Notes: generated by a model from the letters alone, not told the origin. Counted from the stretch's first letter, positions 36,901 to 45,641 are shown. The stretch: 64,000 bases of DNA from an uncultured beta proteobacterium (GCA_963752295.1 CAVVXV010000012.1:57608-121607); one strand, 5' to 3'. Numbers and translations are program-made.

Positions 36901-39900
36901 TGCTCAACGTGCGCGTCCGCGCCATGGACCTGAGGCAGGTCACCCACCCGATTCTCGTGGGCCACTATGAACAGGACGCGATCTCGGGGCCCGAGTCGCT
37001 CATCGACCGCGAGCTCGTGCGTGGCGAGCTGACGGTGCGGCATCATCTCGGCCTGTACGCGGGCCCCGTGGGCACGGCCAGTTGCGTGATCCTTCAATCG
37101 AGCGAACAGGAACGACAGCGCGGCAGCATGCGCGGCGCGGTGGTCGCGGGCCTGGGCCCCTACGACGGCTCGCTGTCGGTGACGCGCCTCGCCGAGGCTG
37201 TTCGAACCGCCTGCCTGCGCTACCTCGTGCATGTGCAGGACAGCGGCTTCATGGCCGTCGGCGACCAGGCCCTCAAGGAAGTCAGGCTGGCGAGCCTTCT
37301 GCTCGGCTACAACTCGTCGGCCAGCCTGAGCATTGCCGATTCCGTGCAGGCGCTCATGCGTGGCGTGGTCGAGGCCAATCGCCATTTCGCGCAGGCCAGC
37401 GGCTCCCCGCTGCGCATCGGCTGCCTGGACATCGTGGAGATCTACCTCGACTCCGCGATCACCGCCACCTACGCGGCGCATGCCATCGCCAAGACGATGA
37501 ACGCGAATCGGCGCCTGGACTGCCGCATCGAGGCCGATCCGCTGCTGCACCAGGGCGAAGGCGTGCGCCTGCGCCTCTACCAGGGTCGAACAGGCATCTA
37601 CTGGCCGCGCATGATGATCACCGATGCGGATCACGATGACGGTGATGGCACGAGCGCAGCGGCGCCGGCCCGCCCGGCGCTCGCGCAGCGCCTGCGCTAC
37701 CTGTACGTCGGCCAGCGCGCGCGGGCCGAATCGATCGTGCAGCAGCGCCAGCCCGGGCTGGTCGAGAAGCTCGTGGAACGGCAGGTCATGGCCATGCAGT
37801 ACGACCCCGACTTCAGCCGCACCTTGTTCCAGTTGCTCGTGCCGCACGACTTCAAGGATGCTGCGCGGCAGTTGCAGCAGATGGTGCTGGTGCTCGACAG
37901 CCGCACCGCCAACTACCCCTGGGAATTGATGCTGGCCGACGACGAGCCGCTGGCCACCCGGACCGCGATGGTGCGCCAGCTCAGCTCCACTCGCTTTCGC
38001 GCCCGCGTGAACCAGACGATGGAGGCGCGCGCGTACGTGGTGGGCAATCCATCGACTTCCGGTTTCTTCGTCAATTTCCCGGACCCCAAGCTGCGCGAAC
38101 AAGACGCGCTGGAAGACCTGCCCGCGGCCGAACGCGAAGCCGTGGTCGTCACCGACGCGCTGGCGCGGCACGGCTTCGACGTGGAGCGCGCCCTGGGCAG
38201 CCAGCAGCGAGCGCTCGACGTCGTGAACCGCCTGTACCGGCATCCGTACCGGATCGTGCACGTGGCAGGACATGGCGTATACGAGGACGGCCCCGACGGC
38301 ACGCGCAGCGGCGTCGTGCTCTCCGACGGGCTGCTCATCAGCGCCGCCGAGATCGACGCCATGGAGATCGTGCCCGACCTCGTCTTCCTGAATTGCTGCC
38401 ACCTGGGCCGCATCGACCGGTCGCCGGTGTCATTCAACCGCCTCGCCAGCAGCGTCGGGAGACAGCTCATCGAGATCGGCGTGCGCGCCGTCATCGTGGC
38501 AGGCTGGGCGGTCGAAGACGCTCCGGCCAGCCTGTTCGCGAGCACTTTCTATGAGACCTTGCTGGGCGAGAACCTGAGTTTCGGAGAGGCGGTGTTCCGG
38601 GCCCGCTGCGCAGCCTGGGCGCAGTATCCGACCAGCATCACCTGGGGCGCCTACCAGGCCTATGGCGATCCGGGGTGGCGCATCGACCCGAAGTCCGAGA
38701 CGCCCTCGAGCGAGCAGCGCGACGGCTCCGTCGGCGCAGCCCCCGAGGAGCTTCTCGATCTCATCCAGGCCGAGCGCCAGGCCGTGCAGCGCAGCGGCGA
38801 GATCCTGTCGCGCATGGAGGCTCGTCGCATCGCCGAGCGGGTGCGTCAAGCCCTGGACGCCAAACCTCCGGAATGGAATTCGCGGCCGGATCTGCTGAGC
38901 GCCGTGGCCGAGCTCTATACCGACCTCGGTCCGGGATTCTTCGAACAGGCGCGCGACCAGTTCCGACTTGCCGTCGCGGCGGCGGACCGGGAAGGCCGCG
39001 TGCCGATCCGCGCCATCGAACGGCTGGGCAATGTGGAAGCCAGGCTCGGCGAAGCGCACGACGACGCGGCCATGGTCGCGCGCGGCATCGCCCGGCTCGA
39101 AGGCCTCGTGCGGCTGACCGGCGGACGGGTGGCCGGAGACCCCGAGACGGACTCCGGCACGGCCAACAGCGAACGGGCATCTCTGCTGGGAAGCGCCTGG
39201 AAGCGCAAGGCCGGAGTCCATGCCCGGGCATACCTCCGCCAGGGCCGGTCCGCCGAGTTTGCGTTGATGGCCGAGGCCATCGCCCGCAGCGAAGCGAACT
39301 ACCGCACCATGGCAAGCCGCCTGGGCGACCAGGAGATCCGGCCGTATCCGACCTTGAACTGGCTCTTTCTCTGGTCGTTGACGGCGCGACGCGAGGAATG
39401 GGCCGCGTACCTGCCGCATGCGCGACGTTGCGCCATGGCCGCCAATGCCGCATTCGCCGAGGATCCAGGCGCCTATAACGCCACCATGGTGCCCGACGCG
39501 GCGCTCGTCGGGGCGTTGCTTGCCGGCACGTTGGCGAAGGCCTCGGCAGGCGATGCCACGCTCGACGGCCTGATCGCCGGGTACGAGGATGCGCTGCGCA
39601 CCGCTCTCGTGACCCCCAAGGAGCGGGACACGGTCGTCAAGCAGATCCGGTTCATGGCGCTGTTCCACCGTGCGTACGAGAAGCACGGACACGTCGACGC
39701 GCCGAATTCGGTGGGCAGCCGGCTGGAACGGCTGGCCGACAGACTGAGTCCGCCCACGCCAGACGATGGCGTCGACGATTCTGGAGACGATGGCCCGGCA
39801 TCTTCGGCCGCATCCGATGCTCTCGGCGCGACGCAAGGGGGGATGCCGAAGGAGAAGGCCCGTCCGAGCAGCAAGCCGGCCAAGCCGGCCAAGCCAGCCA

Positions 39901-39986
39901 AGTCAGCCCGCTCGACCGGCAAGGGCACACCGACGAAGTCGAAGCCGACCCCGACACGCGCCAGGCGATCGCGTCCTGCACGCTGA
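33978..39986 (+). CDS. Large CHAT-domain (caspase-like) protein with two alpha/beta-hydrolase (lipase-like) domains and helical C-terminus
   Basis: GGAGGTG RBS. Hydrolase 1 has IHGTGSS and THSRGG. Hydrolase 2 is LCAT/PGAP1-like (PAIMGSHL, FDWR, AHSMGG, GTPHQGS, GDGSV). CHAT has YPWELM, VHVAGHG, FLNCCHLG, GWAVED and WGAYQAYGDP. Confidence 0.9.
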   Translation: MAGTVNLRLRAAPLDASAPPHLFDTRLRSVVAGDDDPFLPAGLLHIDAACDLSATARAADSGRIPRDIEVKPGQVVVLELPEGVTVITHPDNLREAVRRTDPDAVSQDGTIDFSRALRQRGAGLRGSLGDAMAEGLNSVVSRLYTVTVGQVADPILDAARRRACEWLGITGEDKISQYAELGVSWIGTKALMWAIESRLQRNPGLYRYIDGELAERFDPGDPRLAADSRSGPLLVMIHGTGSSTGGSFDALHSASRTYWKAFEERYAERVLAFEHRTLSESPAENALALARALPAAATVHLLTHSRGGLVGDLLCLQGLDEWVDGYALDGTQAGDSDTAERERVRAELVKAYAEQRSVLHELAAELRRKRLRIERYVRVASPARGTRLASGNFDVFLSALLSLMGWVPSLKGNPVYSAFKRVVLEIAKNRTRPDLVPGIEAMLPASPMARLLARATPQDKLQLAVIAGDVEGGGWLKRLGVLFTDYTFFDGEENDFVVDTDAMVAGIARPGVSRVLLDRSAQTSHFRYFINDGTRSAVREWLTAPATDQVEAFQTMRAAVTTQAPPARTARGTTAIAPAMPVAVLLPAIMGSHLWLARRERIWFDVMALAHGGLGRLQLKPGARKDAVEPEALFDMHYGALQRHLSTTHRVVPFAFDWRQPLDVLATQLAGLLRRELDAAAAAGQPLRVLAHSMGGLVVRALVHLQPQLWDELMTRDGARLVMLGTPHQGSHLMVETLLGKSDAVRRLALLDLEHDLQQVVDIIASFPGALALLPKPGFADTGGEQATDYFEAALWPRLKSQMRDLWLGDGVGAAPPAAALRQAQWLWSRDRNVRPALPARHEGKVIHVFGCAAKTPCGLVREGDRWKMLGTPLGDGSVTWDSGRIDGIGQFLYMPAEHGALADTEAYFDSIESLLDRGDAGQLMTSPPAMRGADLPRVAAYDAGPTTYPTELEAAAGLFGAGRAAQSRVQRADVLNVRVRAMDLRQVTHPILVGHYEQDAISGPESLIDRELVRGELTVRHHLGLYAGPVGTASCVILQSSEQERQRGSMRGAVVAGLGPYDGSLSVTRLAEAVRTACLRYLVHVQDSGFMAVGDQALKEVRLASLLLGYNSSASLSIADSVQALMRGVVEANRHFAQASGSPLRIGCLDIVEIYLDSAITATYAAHAIAKTMNANRRLDCRIEADPLLHQGEGVRLRLYQGRTGIYWPRMMITDADHDDGDGTSAAAPARPALAQRLRYLYVGQRARAESIVQQRQPGLVEKLVERQVMAMQYDPDFSRTLFQLLVPHDFKDAARQLQQMVLVLDSRTANYPWELMLADDEPLATRTAMVRQLSSTRFRARVNQTMEARAYVVGNPSTSGFFVNFPDPKLREQDALEDLPAAEREAVVVTDALARHGFDVERALGSQQRALDVVNRLYRHPYRIVHVAGHGVYEDGPDGTRSGVVLSDGLLISAAEIDAMEIVPDLVFLNCCHLGRIDRSPVSFNRLASSVGRQLIEIGVRAVIVAGWAVEDAPASLFASTFYETLLGENLSFGEAVFRARCAAWAQYPTSITWGAYQAYGDPGWRIDPKSETPSSEQRDGSVGAAPEELLDLIQAERQAVQRSGEILSRMEARRIAERVRQALDAKPPEWNSRPDLLSAVAELYTDLGPGFFEQARDQFRLAVAAADREGRVPIRAIERLGNVEARLGEAHDDAAMVARGIARLEGLVRLTGGRVAGDPETDSGTANSERASLLGSAWKRKAGVHARAYLRQGRSAEFALMAEAIARSEANYRTMASRLGDQEIRPYPTLNWLFLWSLTARREEWAAYLPHARRCAMAANAAFAEDPGAYNATMVPDAALVGALLAGTLAKASAGDATLDGLIAGYEDALRTALVTPKERDTVVKQIRFMALFHRAYEKHGHVDAPNSVGSRLERLADRLSPPTPDDGVDDSGDDGPASSAASDALGATQGGMPKEKARPSSKPAKPAKPAKSARSTGKGTPTKSKPTPTRARRSRPAR

Positions 39987-40067
39987 TCCCGACAAGGGCT
40001 GCCGCCAGACAGCCTGCGGGAACCGCCGTGCAGGACGTCGCCCGGTGAAATCTCCAGCGCACGGCAA

Positions 40068-40094
40068 GAAGCCCCGGTCCATGACCGGGGCTTC
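40068..40094. terminator. Intrinsic terminator between the convergent CHAT and PEP-CTERM genes
   Basis: GAAGCCCCGGTC-CAT-GACCGGGGCTTC perfect 12-bp stem. Confidence 0.75.
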
Positions 40095-40121
40095 ACGTCA
40101 CGCGGACGACCCGCAGGCCGC

Positions 40122-40937
40122 TCAGAATTTGCGACGGCGTGCGACGAAGCCGATGACGCCCAGACCCGCGAGCATCAGCGCATAGCTTTGCGGCTCCGGC
40201 ACGGCCGAGACCGAGCCGCGGAAGTCCGCGCTGCCGGCCACGCATTCCGGGCCTCCCGGGCACTCGCCGACGTGCGGCAGCAAGGCGCTGCTGAACGACG
40301 AGCCGAGCTGGAAGTCGGCATTGCCGCTGCCGAAGGTGGCCGCAATCGAGTTCGTGTCGAACATCGCGTTGGCGATCGCGCCCGCACCGGCCGTGTTGCC
40401 GTTGGCCATGCCGGTCAGGTCCACGTCGGCCAGACCTGCGCCGAAGCCGGCCGGGGTCGTGGTGCCGATGTTCGTGCCGGTACCCGAGAAGGTGTTGCCC
40501 GAGGCGTCGATCGCATGGCCCGCCAGGGTCATGAACAGCGTCCCGTTGGTGGCCGCCGCCATGTCGGCAGCTGAACCTGAACTCGCGAACGGATTGAAGT
40601 CGTTGTTGCTGTCGAAACCGAGGTAGAAGTTCACCCAGCCGCCGGAGAAATCGATGCTGGTCGGGGTCAGGCTGGAGACGTTGTACCCGCCGAACTGGTA
40701 GGTCAACTCGCATCCGCTGCACAAGCTGCTGACATTCACCCCGTTGATCTGCGTCACCTCACCGACGCCTGCAAGCGTTTGCCCGACGTCCGTGATCGTG
40801 TTCTCGTAGATCGACGTGACCGAGAATATGGGTCCGGTGGATAGGTTCAGACCGCCGAGGTTCACTGGTGCCGCCATGGAATAGCTGGCGGTACTCAGTA
40901 AAGCCGCGGAAGCCAAGACGTGAAGTTTTCTCTTCAT
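40122..40937 (-). CDS. PEP-CTERM sorting-domain surface protein
   Basis: Signal peptide, Gly/Ser/Thr/Asn-rich body with two Cys pairs, and C-terminal VPEPQSYALMLAGLGVIGFVARRRKF. AAGGAA RBS. Confidence 0.95.
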   Translation of the reverse strand: MKRKLHVLASAALLSTASYSMAAPVNLGGLNLSTGPIFSVTSIYENTITDVGQTLAGVGEVTQINGVNVSSLCSGCELTYQFGGYNVSSLTPTSIDFSGGWVNFYLGFDSNNDFNPFASSGSAADMAAATNGTLFMTLAGHAIDASGNTFSGTGTNIGTTTPAGFGAGLADVDLTGMANGNTAGAGAIANAMFDTNSIAATFGSGNADFQLGSSFSSALLPHVGECPGGPECVAGSADFRGSVSAVPEPQSYALMLAGLGVIGFVARRRKF

Positions 40938-41043
40938 GATGGTTCCTTGGGTGTGATGGTTGAGTTGGACGAGTCCCGTCTAAGACCTTTCGATCCAGGG
41001 TCGCCATCGCTGACGGCGATGCGGTGACGGCGTGCTCTCTTGG

Positions 41044-41058
41044 GCAACGCCCATGCCC
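41044..41058 (-). promoter_or_regulatory. Putative sigma-54 promoter of the PEP-CTERM gene
   Basis: Minus strand reads GGGCAT-GGGCG-TTGC (GG-N10-GC), about 110 bp upstream of the ATG. PEP-CTERM genes are commonly sigma-54/PrsR-driven. Confidence 0.55.
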
Positions 41059-41298
41059 AGCGCCCCTAAGGCAAGGGAACTCCCCCGAAATAGGGGGTCC
41101 AATTCGGCTTTGGGGTAAGAACCCCGCCGCATGGCGGATCGGCAGCGCGGTTCCAGATGAAGACTGCGAGCAGACGTAACCCGAACGAGGAATCCTTCGA
41201 GTAAGTTCTGCAAATCGGGCCGTTGAAATCGCCCGAATCTGCAGAACTTGCCGTCAGTTGCTCCGTACTGGAACTTCTTTCATAGCGAGCTGAACCCG

Positions 41299-42381
41299 TC
41301 AAGTCGGCGGCAGGAAACGGCCGAGCGGCGGGCGGTCGGTGGCGACGCTCGGTGAGCGGGCAAACCCCACGCGAAAGAACATTCCGGGCGGCTTGGCGTG
41401 GCCGCCGCTCAAGTGCGCCAGCAACGCGTGCAGCCTGGCCTGGGCGCGCGGCGACACCCAGCCATTCCCCGCCGACTGCTGAGCCAATGCGGTCGCCGCC
41501 GCCAAGGGTTGGAAAGCCAACCCCTCGAGGGTGGCCGCAAGCCACACCCGCTCAAGCGCCCGCCCGACAGCGACACTCGCCAACGAGGGATCCTGGCTTT
41601 CTCCGACGATGAATCCGATCTGTGGCGCCCAGCGGCTGGGCAAATCGGCCGCGCGCAGGCCGAGCGCCCGATGGATCCCCAGCGGCACGAGGCGGCGCAT
41701 GAATGTCCACCGGCGCAAAGCCGCGAAAGGTGCCCGCAACATGGGTTCGACCTCGAGTGCGCCGGGGGGCAGTCCCTCTTCCGCCGACCGGCGCCAGCCC
41801 ACGTCGAAGCGGATGGCGCTGAACAGCTCGTCGTGCAGCGACGAGTGCCGAAAGCGCTCCGATTCGGCCAGACGCATTGCTTCGAGCGCCATCGAGCGGC
41901 TCGCACTCTCGTCGAGCCATCGCAGCGCCGCGCCCGCGACCGGACGCGCCGCATCCGTCATGCGATCGCGCGCGGCGGGAGGCAGTGGCGTTCGCTGGTA
42001 GAAACGCCGATTCGTGCGCCGCCTGGCGATGGCACCGGCAAGCGGATCGACCTTCGTCTCGTCGGGCGACCACCGGATGCAGGCCATCAGCTCGATGCGC
42101 CCCGGATCCGGGAACCAGCGGACCTCCTGCGCCAAACCATAGGTGCCGGCGGCCAGCGCCATGTTCTCGACCACGGCGGCGTACGACACCAACGCGAGCA
42201 TGCGTCGATGCGGCCGCTGCGCCCAGGTGTGGACATCGCTGGACACCAGCGCGAGCGTCTCGCCCGATGATTCGAAACGCAGGTAGTGCCGGTTTTCGGC
42301 CGACGGCGCCTGGATCCCTGCTTGCAGGATGTCGTGCAGCCGTTGCGCCGACAGCGCCGAACGGGGCGGGTCGGCGCTCAT
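41299..42381 (-). CDS. Nitroreductase-family (Acg-like, FMN-dependent) oxidoreductase
   Basis: QAPSAENRHYLRF, AIARRRTNRRFY and GRALERVWLAATLEGLAFQP motifs. ATG at 42381 overlaps the ThiF stop (ATGA). Confidence 0.8.
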   Translation of the reverse strand: MSADPPRSALSAQRLHDILQAGIQAPSAENRHYLRFESSGETLALVSSDVHTWAQRPHRRMLALVSYAAVVENMALAAGTYGLAQEVRWFPDPGRIELMACIRWSPDETKVDPLAGAIARRRTNRRFYQRTPLPPAARDRMTDAARPVAGAALRWLDESASRSMALEAMRLAESERFRHSSLHDELFSAIRFDVGWRRSAEEGLPPGALEVEPMLRAPFAALRRWTFMRRLVPLGIHRALGLRAADLPSRWAPQIGFIVGESQDPSLASVAVGRALERVWLAATLEGLAFQPLAAATALAQQSAGNGWVSPRAQARLHALLAHLSGGHAKPPGMFFRVGFARSPSVATDRPPLGRFLPPT

Positions 42382-43289
42382 GCAGGCTTGAGGCGTTGCC
42401 GCGCGACGGCCAGCAACAGGCGCTGGATCGGATTGCGATGGCCGCCGGGCCGCCAGGTTCTCTTCAGGCGATTGCGGTACGCATCGAAATGAAGACCCCA
42501 CGGTGCGGCCAGGACCTGGCCTCGCCCGAGAACCAGCTTGAGCACCTGGGCCGCGGCGATGCCGCTGCACAACTGGACCGCGATGATGATCGAGGGGCCG
42601 CGCCGCTGCGCGAAATTCACCCGGGTGGGATCGGCGAGATAACCCATCTGCAGCATCGCCGGCGACAACCCGACGAGGAATCGCAGCGCCTGTTCCTCCT
42701 CCTGCTGCCCTTCGAAGCCGAAATAGTCGTCGAAGCTCATGCCGCCGGCCACGAAGTTGAGCAGCGCCGCGCCCATGCCAAGGGGCGCGACGGTGGTGGC
42801 CGGGATGCCGCGCCGGGCGCAGAGATCGAACACGGTGCGGCGCATGTCGAGCGCAAAGAAATCCAGGCCGTCGAGGTAGGCATCGCCGCCGCTGAGGAAT
42901 TCGTCGACATTGTCGGGCGCCAGGCCGCGGTCGAAAACGCGGATGTCGAGCTCGGGATTGATGTCGAGCGCCATCTCGACCATCACGTCGATCTTGGGAC
43001 GGTCGAGCGACGCGATGGTCGCCCCGGCCTGCCGGTTGAAATTGGCCACCGAAAAGGTGTCGAAGTCGGCCACCGAAAAGGCCCCGATCCCCATTCGCGC
43101 AAGCGTGAGCAGGTACACGCCGCCGACACCGCCGAGCCCGGCGATGCACACGCGAGCGCCCTTCAACCGCTGTTGTTCGGCTTCGGTGACCCAGCCGAGA
43201 TTGCGGGAGAAGGCTTCGTCGTAGGTGAAGGTGGATCCGGACGCAGGCGACACCGCGGGGAGAGTTCGTTGCACCGCGGCGCGCAGCAA
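42378..43289 (-). CDS. ThiF/E1-like adenylyltransferase
   Basis: YDEAFSRNLGW, IAGLGGVG, ADFDTFSVANFNRQ and DGLDFF motifs. No CxxC zinc motifs. Start uncertain (43289 or 43253). Confidence 0.9.
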   Translation of the reverse strand: MLRAAVQRTLPAVSPASGSTFTYDEAFSRNLGWVTEAEQQRLKGARVCIAGLGGVGGVYLLTLARMGIGAFSVADFDTFSVANFNRQAGATIASLDRPKIDVMVEMALDINPELDIRVFDRGLAPDNVDEFLSGGDAYLDGLDFFALDMRRTVFDLCARRGIPATTVAPLGMGAALLNFVAGGMSFDDYFGFEGQQEEEQALRFLVGLSPAMLQMGYLADPTRVNFAQRRGPSIIIAVQLCSGIAAAQVLKLVLGRGQVLAAPWGLHFDAYRNRLKRTWRPGGHRNPIQRLLLAVARQRLKPA

Positions 43290-43329
43290 TCGGCGCGCCT
43301 GCCGACTTCACCGCCGTGGCGCGCGGGCC

Positions 43330-44166
43330 TCAACGACGGCGCAGGCGGCCCACGATGCCGGCTTCTTCAGCCACCGAGAAGAAGTACGGGTACAACGAGC
43401 GTTCGTCTGCCGCGAGATGCGGCCGGCCGCCGAAATGCCCGATCTGCGCGTGCGCATGGGCGAAGTCCAGCGCCATCAGCACCGCCGGCGCATTCACGCG
43501 GGGGTTCAGGCGCGCCGGGCCCTTGGCGACGAATCCCAGCATGCGCTCGTAGTACCTCACGTGGCGAGGGTTGACCTCGATGAGCAGGTCCTGGAAACCG
43601 TTCAGGCGATGGGCATAGATGTAGGCCACGTGAAACAGCGAGGCCAGCACGCGCTTGGACTTCACCACGCTGTCCATGGCCAGCTTGGTGAATTCGCAGA
43701 CATTTCGCCCGCGCCTGCGCAGCGCGTCGACTTCCTCGACGAAGAGCTCGTCCACGAGCAAGCCATGGTCGTTGTCGAAGCCGACGGTGATCGTGCCGAT
43801 CGTCTCGTCGTGCTCGCAGGCCATGAGCGTCACCCGGTCGGGCACGGCCTCGGCCGGCAAGCCGGTGGTGCGGTATCCCCGCGTCGCGTACATCCGATTG
43901 ATGAGAATGCTCGCGGCGCTGCGATGGCCGTTGGAGTCGGCCGCCCGGATCTTGAACAGCCGTTGCTGCGGGTCGTCCTCGTCGTTGGGAACCTGGATTG
44001 CTTCTTCCTGCTGATCGAGGAGCAGCGACTTCAGCGAGTGAGGCGACTCGAAGGGGACGCCGATGATCGTGCGCCCGACCACGCGCGCGTCATCATCGTG
44101 AATGGAAGCGGCGCCGAAATGGGCCGGGCGGCGTGTAGCAATGGGAAACTCGCTGGCGGTGTACAT
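43330..44166 (-). CDS. N-acyl amino acid synthase (FeeM-like GNAT; exosortase-associated type)
   Basis: LINRMYATRGY, IGTITVGFD..GLLVD, CEFTKLA, IEVNPRHVRYYERMLGF and NPRVNAPAVLM motifs. Confidence 0.85.
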   Translation of the reverse strand: MYTASEFPIATRRPAHFGAASIHDDDARVVGRTIIGVPFESPHSLKSLLLDQQEEAIQVPNDEDDPQQRLFKIRAADSNGHRSAASILINRMYATRGYRTTGLPAEAVPDRVTLMACEHDETIGTITVGFDNDHGLLVDELFVEEVDALRRRGRNVCEFTKLAMDSVVKSKRVLASLFHVAYIYAHRLNGFQDLLIEVNPRHVRYYERMLGFVAKGPARLNPRVNAPAVLMALDFAHAHAQIGHFGGRPHLAADERSLYPYFFSVAEEAGIVGRLRRR

Positions 44167-44720
44167 GTATGCCCTTGCATGCGTCGATCGATGTCACGGA
44201 CGCGCCTTCTCCCCGCGCGGTTGAACCGCGCTGCGCGCGCCATGGCCGTGTCCTCCTGTCTGATATCCATACTTCCGATGGCGCTCATCGCGATCACCAT
44301 GGACGCCGTTCAAGCACGCTCCCCGACGCACTTCCGGCGCTTGCCGAGTCGGGTCTTCCACTCCCCGTTCACCCCAGCATCGAAACGCGTATGAGCTTAG
44401 GTGAGACCCTGCCCCCGCGCAACAACGGATGGGTTGCCATTTGTTCCCGTACTGTGTAGTTCTTACTCGCTCTTTGCGAGGTGTTGACATTTACGGGCCA
44501 CCGCGTGCCCGCAATGTCAGCAAGCGTGACTGACGCATCAATTCATCACCGGCTGGCGCGCCCCAGCTTGCGTTCGCGCAAATTCAGACAGCGCTGGGTT
44601 CCGACACGACAGGCCACCATGAACGAGACCGGCATCGGCACGCCATCCCGAGCAGCGGTGCACGAGCGCTCTCGGCCGGTGATAGGGTCCCGATCCTTGA
44701 CCACGATGGCGGAGCAACCC

Positions 44721-45617
44721 ATGCCCATGTCCCACGTCAACGCATCGCCCGGTGCGGCCTTTCGTCGCGCTCTCACCGAGGAATCGCCGCTGCAGGTGAT
44801 CGGCGCCATCAACGCCAACCATGCGTTGCTCGCCCGACGAGCCGGCTACCGCGCCATCTATGTCTCCGGTGGCGGCGTCGCGGCCGGATCCCTCGGAGTG
44901 CCCGATCTGGGCCTCAACACGCTGGACGACGTCCTCACCGACGTGCGCCGCATCACCGACGTGTGCGAGTTGCCCTTGCTCGTGGACATCGACACCGGCT
45001 TCGGCCCGAGCGCCTTCAACATCGCGAGAACGGTGCGCAGCCTGATCAGGTTCGGGGCGGCCGCGTGCCACATCGAGGACCAGGTCGGCGCCAAGCGCTG
45101 CGGGCATCGCCCGGGCAAGGAGATCGTCTCCGCGGACGAGATGGCCGATCGGGTCAAGGCGGCCGCCGATGCACGGACCGATGGCTCGTTCTTCCTGATC
45201 GCTCGGACCGATGCCATCCAGGTCGAAGGCGTGGACGCAGCCATCGAGCGTGCGCTTCGCTGCGTGGAGGCAGGCGCGGATGCGGTCTTCGCGGAGGCGG
45301 CTCACGACCTGGCCACCTACCGCCGGTTCGTCGACACGGTGAAGGTGCCCGTGCTCGCCAACATCACGGAATTCGGGCGCACGCCGCTGTTCAGCGTGGA
45401 GGAACTGCGCAGCGCGGGTGTGGCCATGGCCCTGTACCCGCTGTCTGCATTTCGGGCGATGAACAAGGCTGCCGAGGCGGTCTACGAGGCCATCCGCCGC
45501 GATGGCCACCAGCGGAACGTGCTGGACACGATGCAAACGCGCGAGGAGCTCTACGAGCGAATCGGCTACCACGCCTACGAGGAGCGCCTCAACCGCCTGT
45601 TCAGCGCGGGCCGCTGA
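44721..45617 (+). CDS. prpB: 2-methylisocitrate lyase
   Basis: [39 protein letters not shown] and LANITEFG motifs. GGAG RBS before ATG 44721. Confidence 0.93.
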   Translation: MPMSHVNASPGAAFRRALTEESPLQVIGAINANHALLARRAGYRAIYVSGGGVAAGSLGVPDLGLNTLDDVLTDVRRITDVCELPLLVDIDTGFGPSAFNIARTVRSLIRFGAAACHIEDQVGAKRCGHRPGKEIVSADEMADRVKAAADARTDGSFFLIARTDAIQVEGVDAAIERALRCVEAGADAVFAEAAHDLATYRRFVDTVKVPVLANITEFGRTPLFSVEELRSAGVAMALYPLSAFRAMNKAAEAVYEAIRRDGHQRNVLDTMQTREELYERIGYHAYEERLNRLFSAGR

Positions 45618-45641
45618 ATCGGCCTGCGCAGGACGGCCGGG

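Noticed and set aside
24602-38402. Long antisense ORFs (24602..27325, 29767..32433, 33282..35363, 35514..38402 and similar)
   Set aside because: These are shadow ORFs opposite well-supported genes, expected from high-GC codon bias, and show no family motifs.
41299-43289. ThiF + nitroreductase as a RiPP (microcin C or azole) cluster
   Set aside because: No YcaO, convincing precursor peptide, peptidase or transporter. The adjacent N-acyl amino acid synthase better explains the substrate.
44419-44440. Sigma-54 promoter for the N-acyl amino acid synthase operon
   Set aside because: Minus-strand TGGCAACCCATCCGTTGTTGC has the wrong GG-to-GC spacing.
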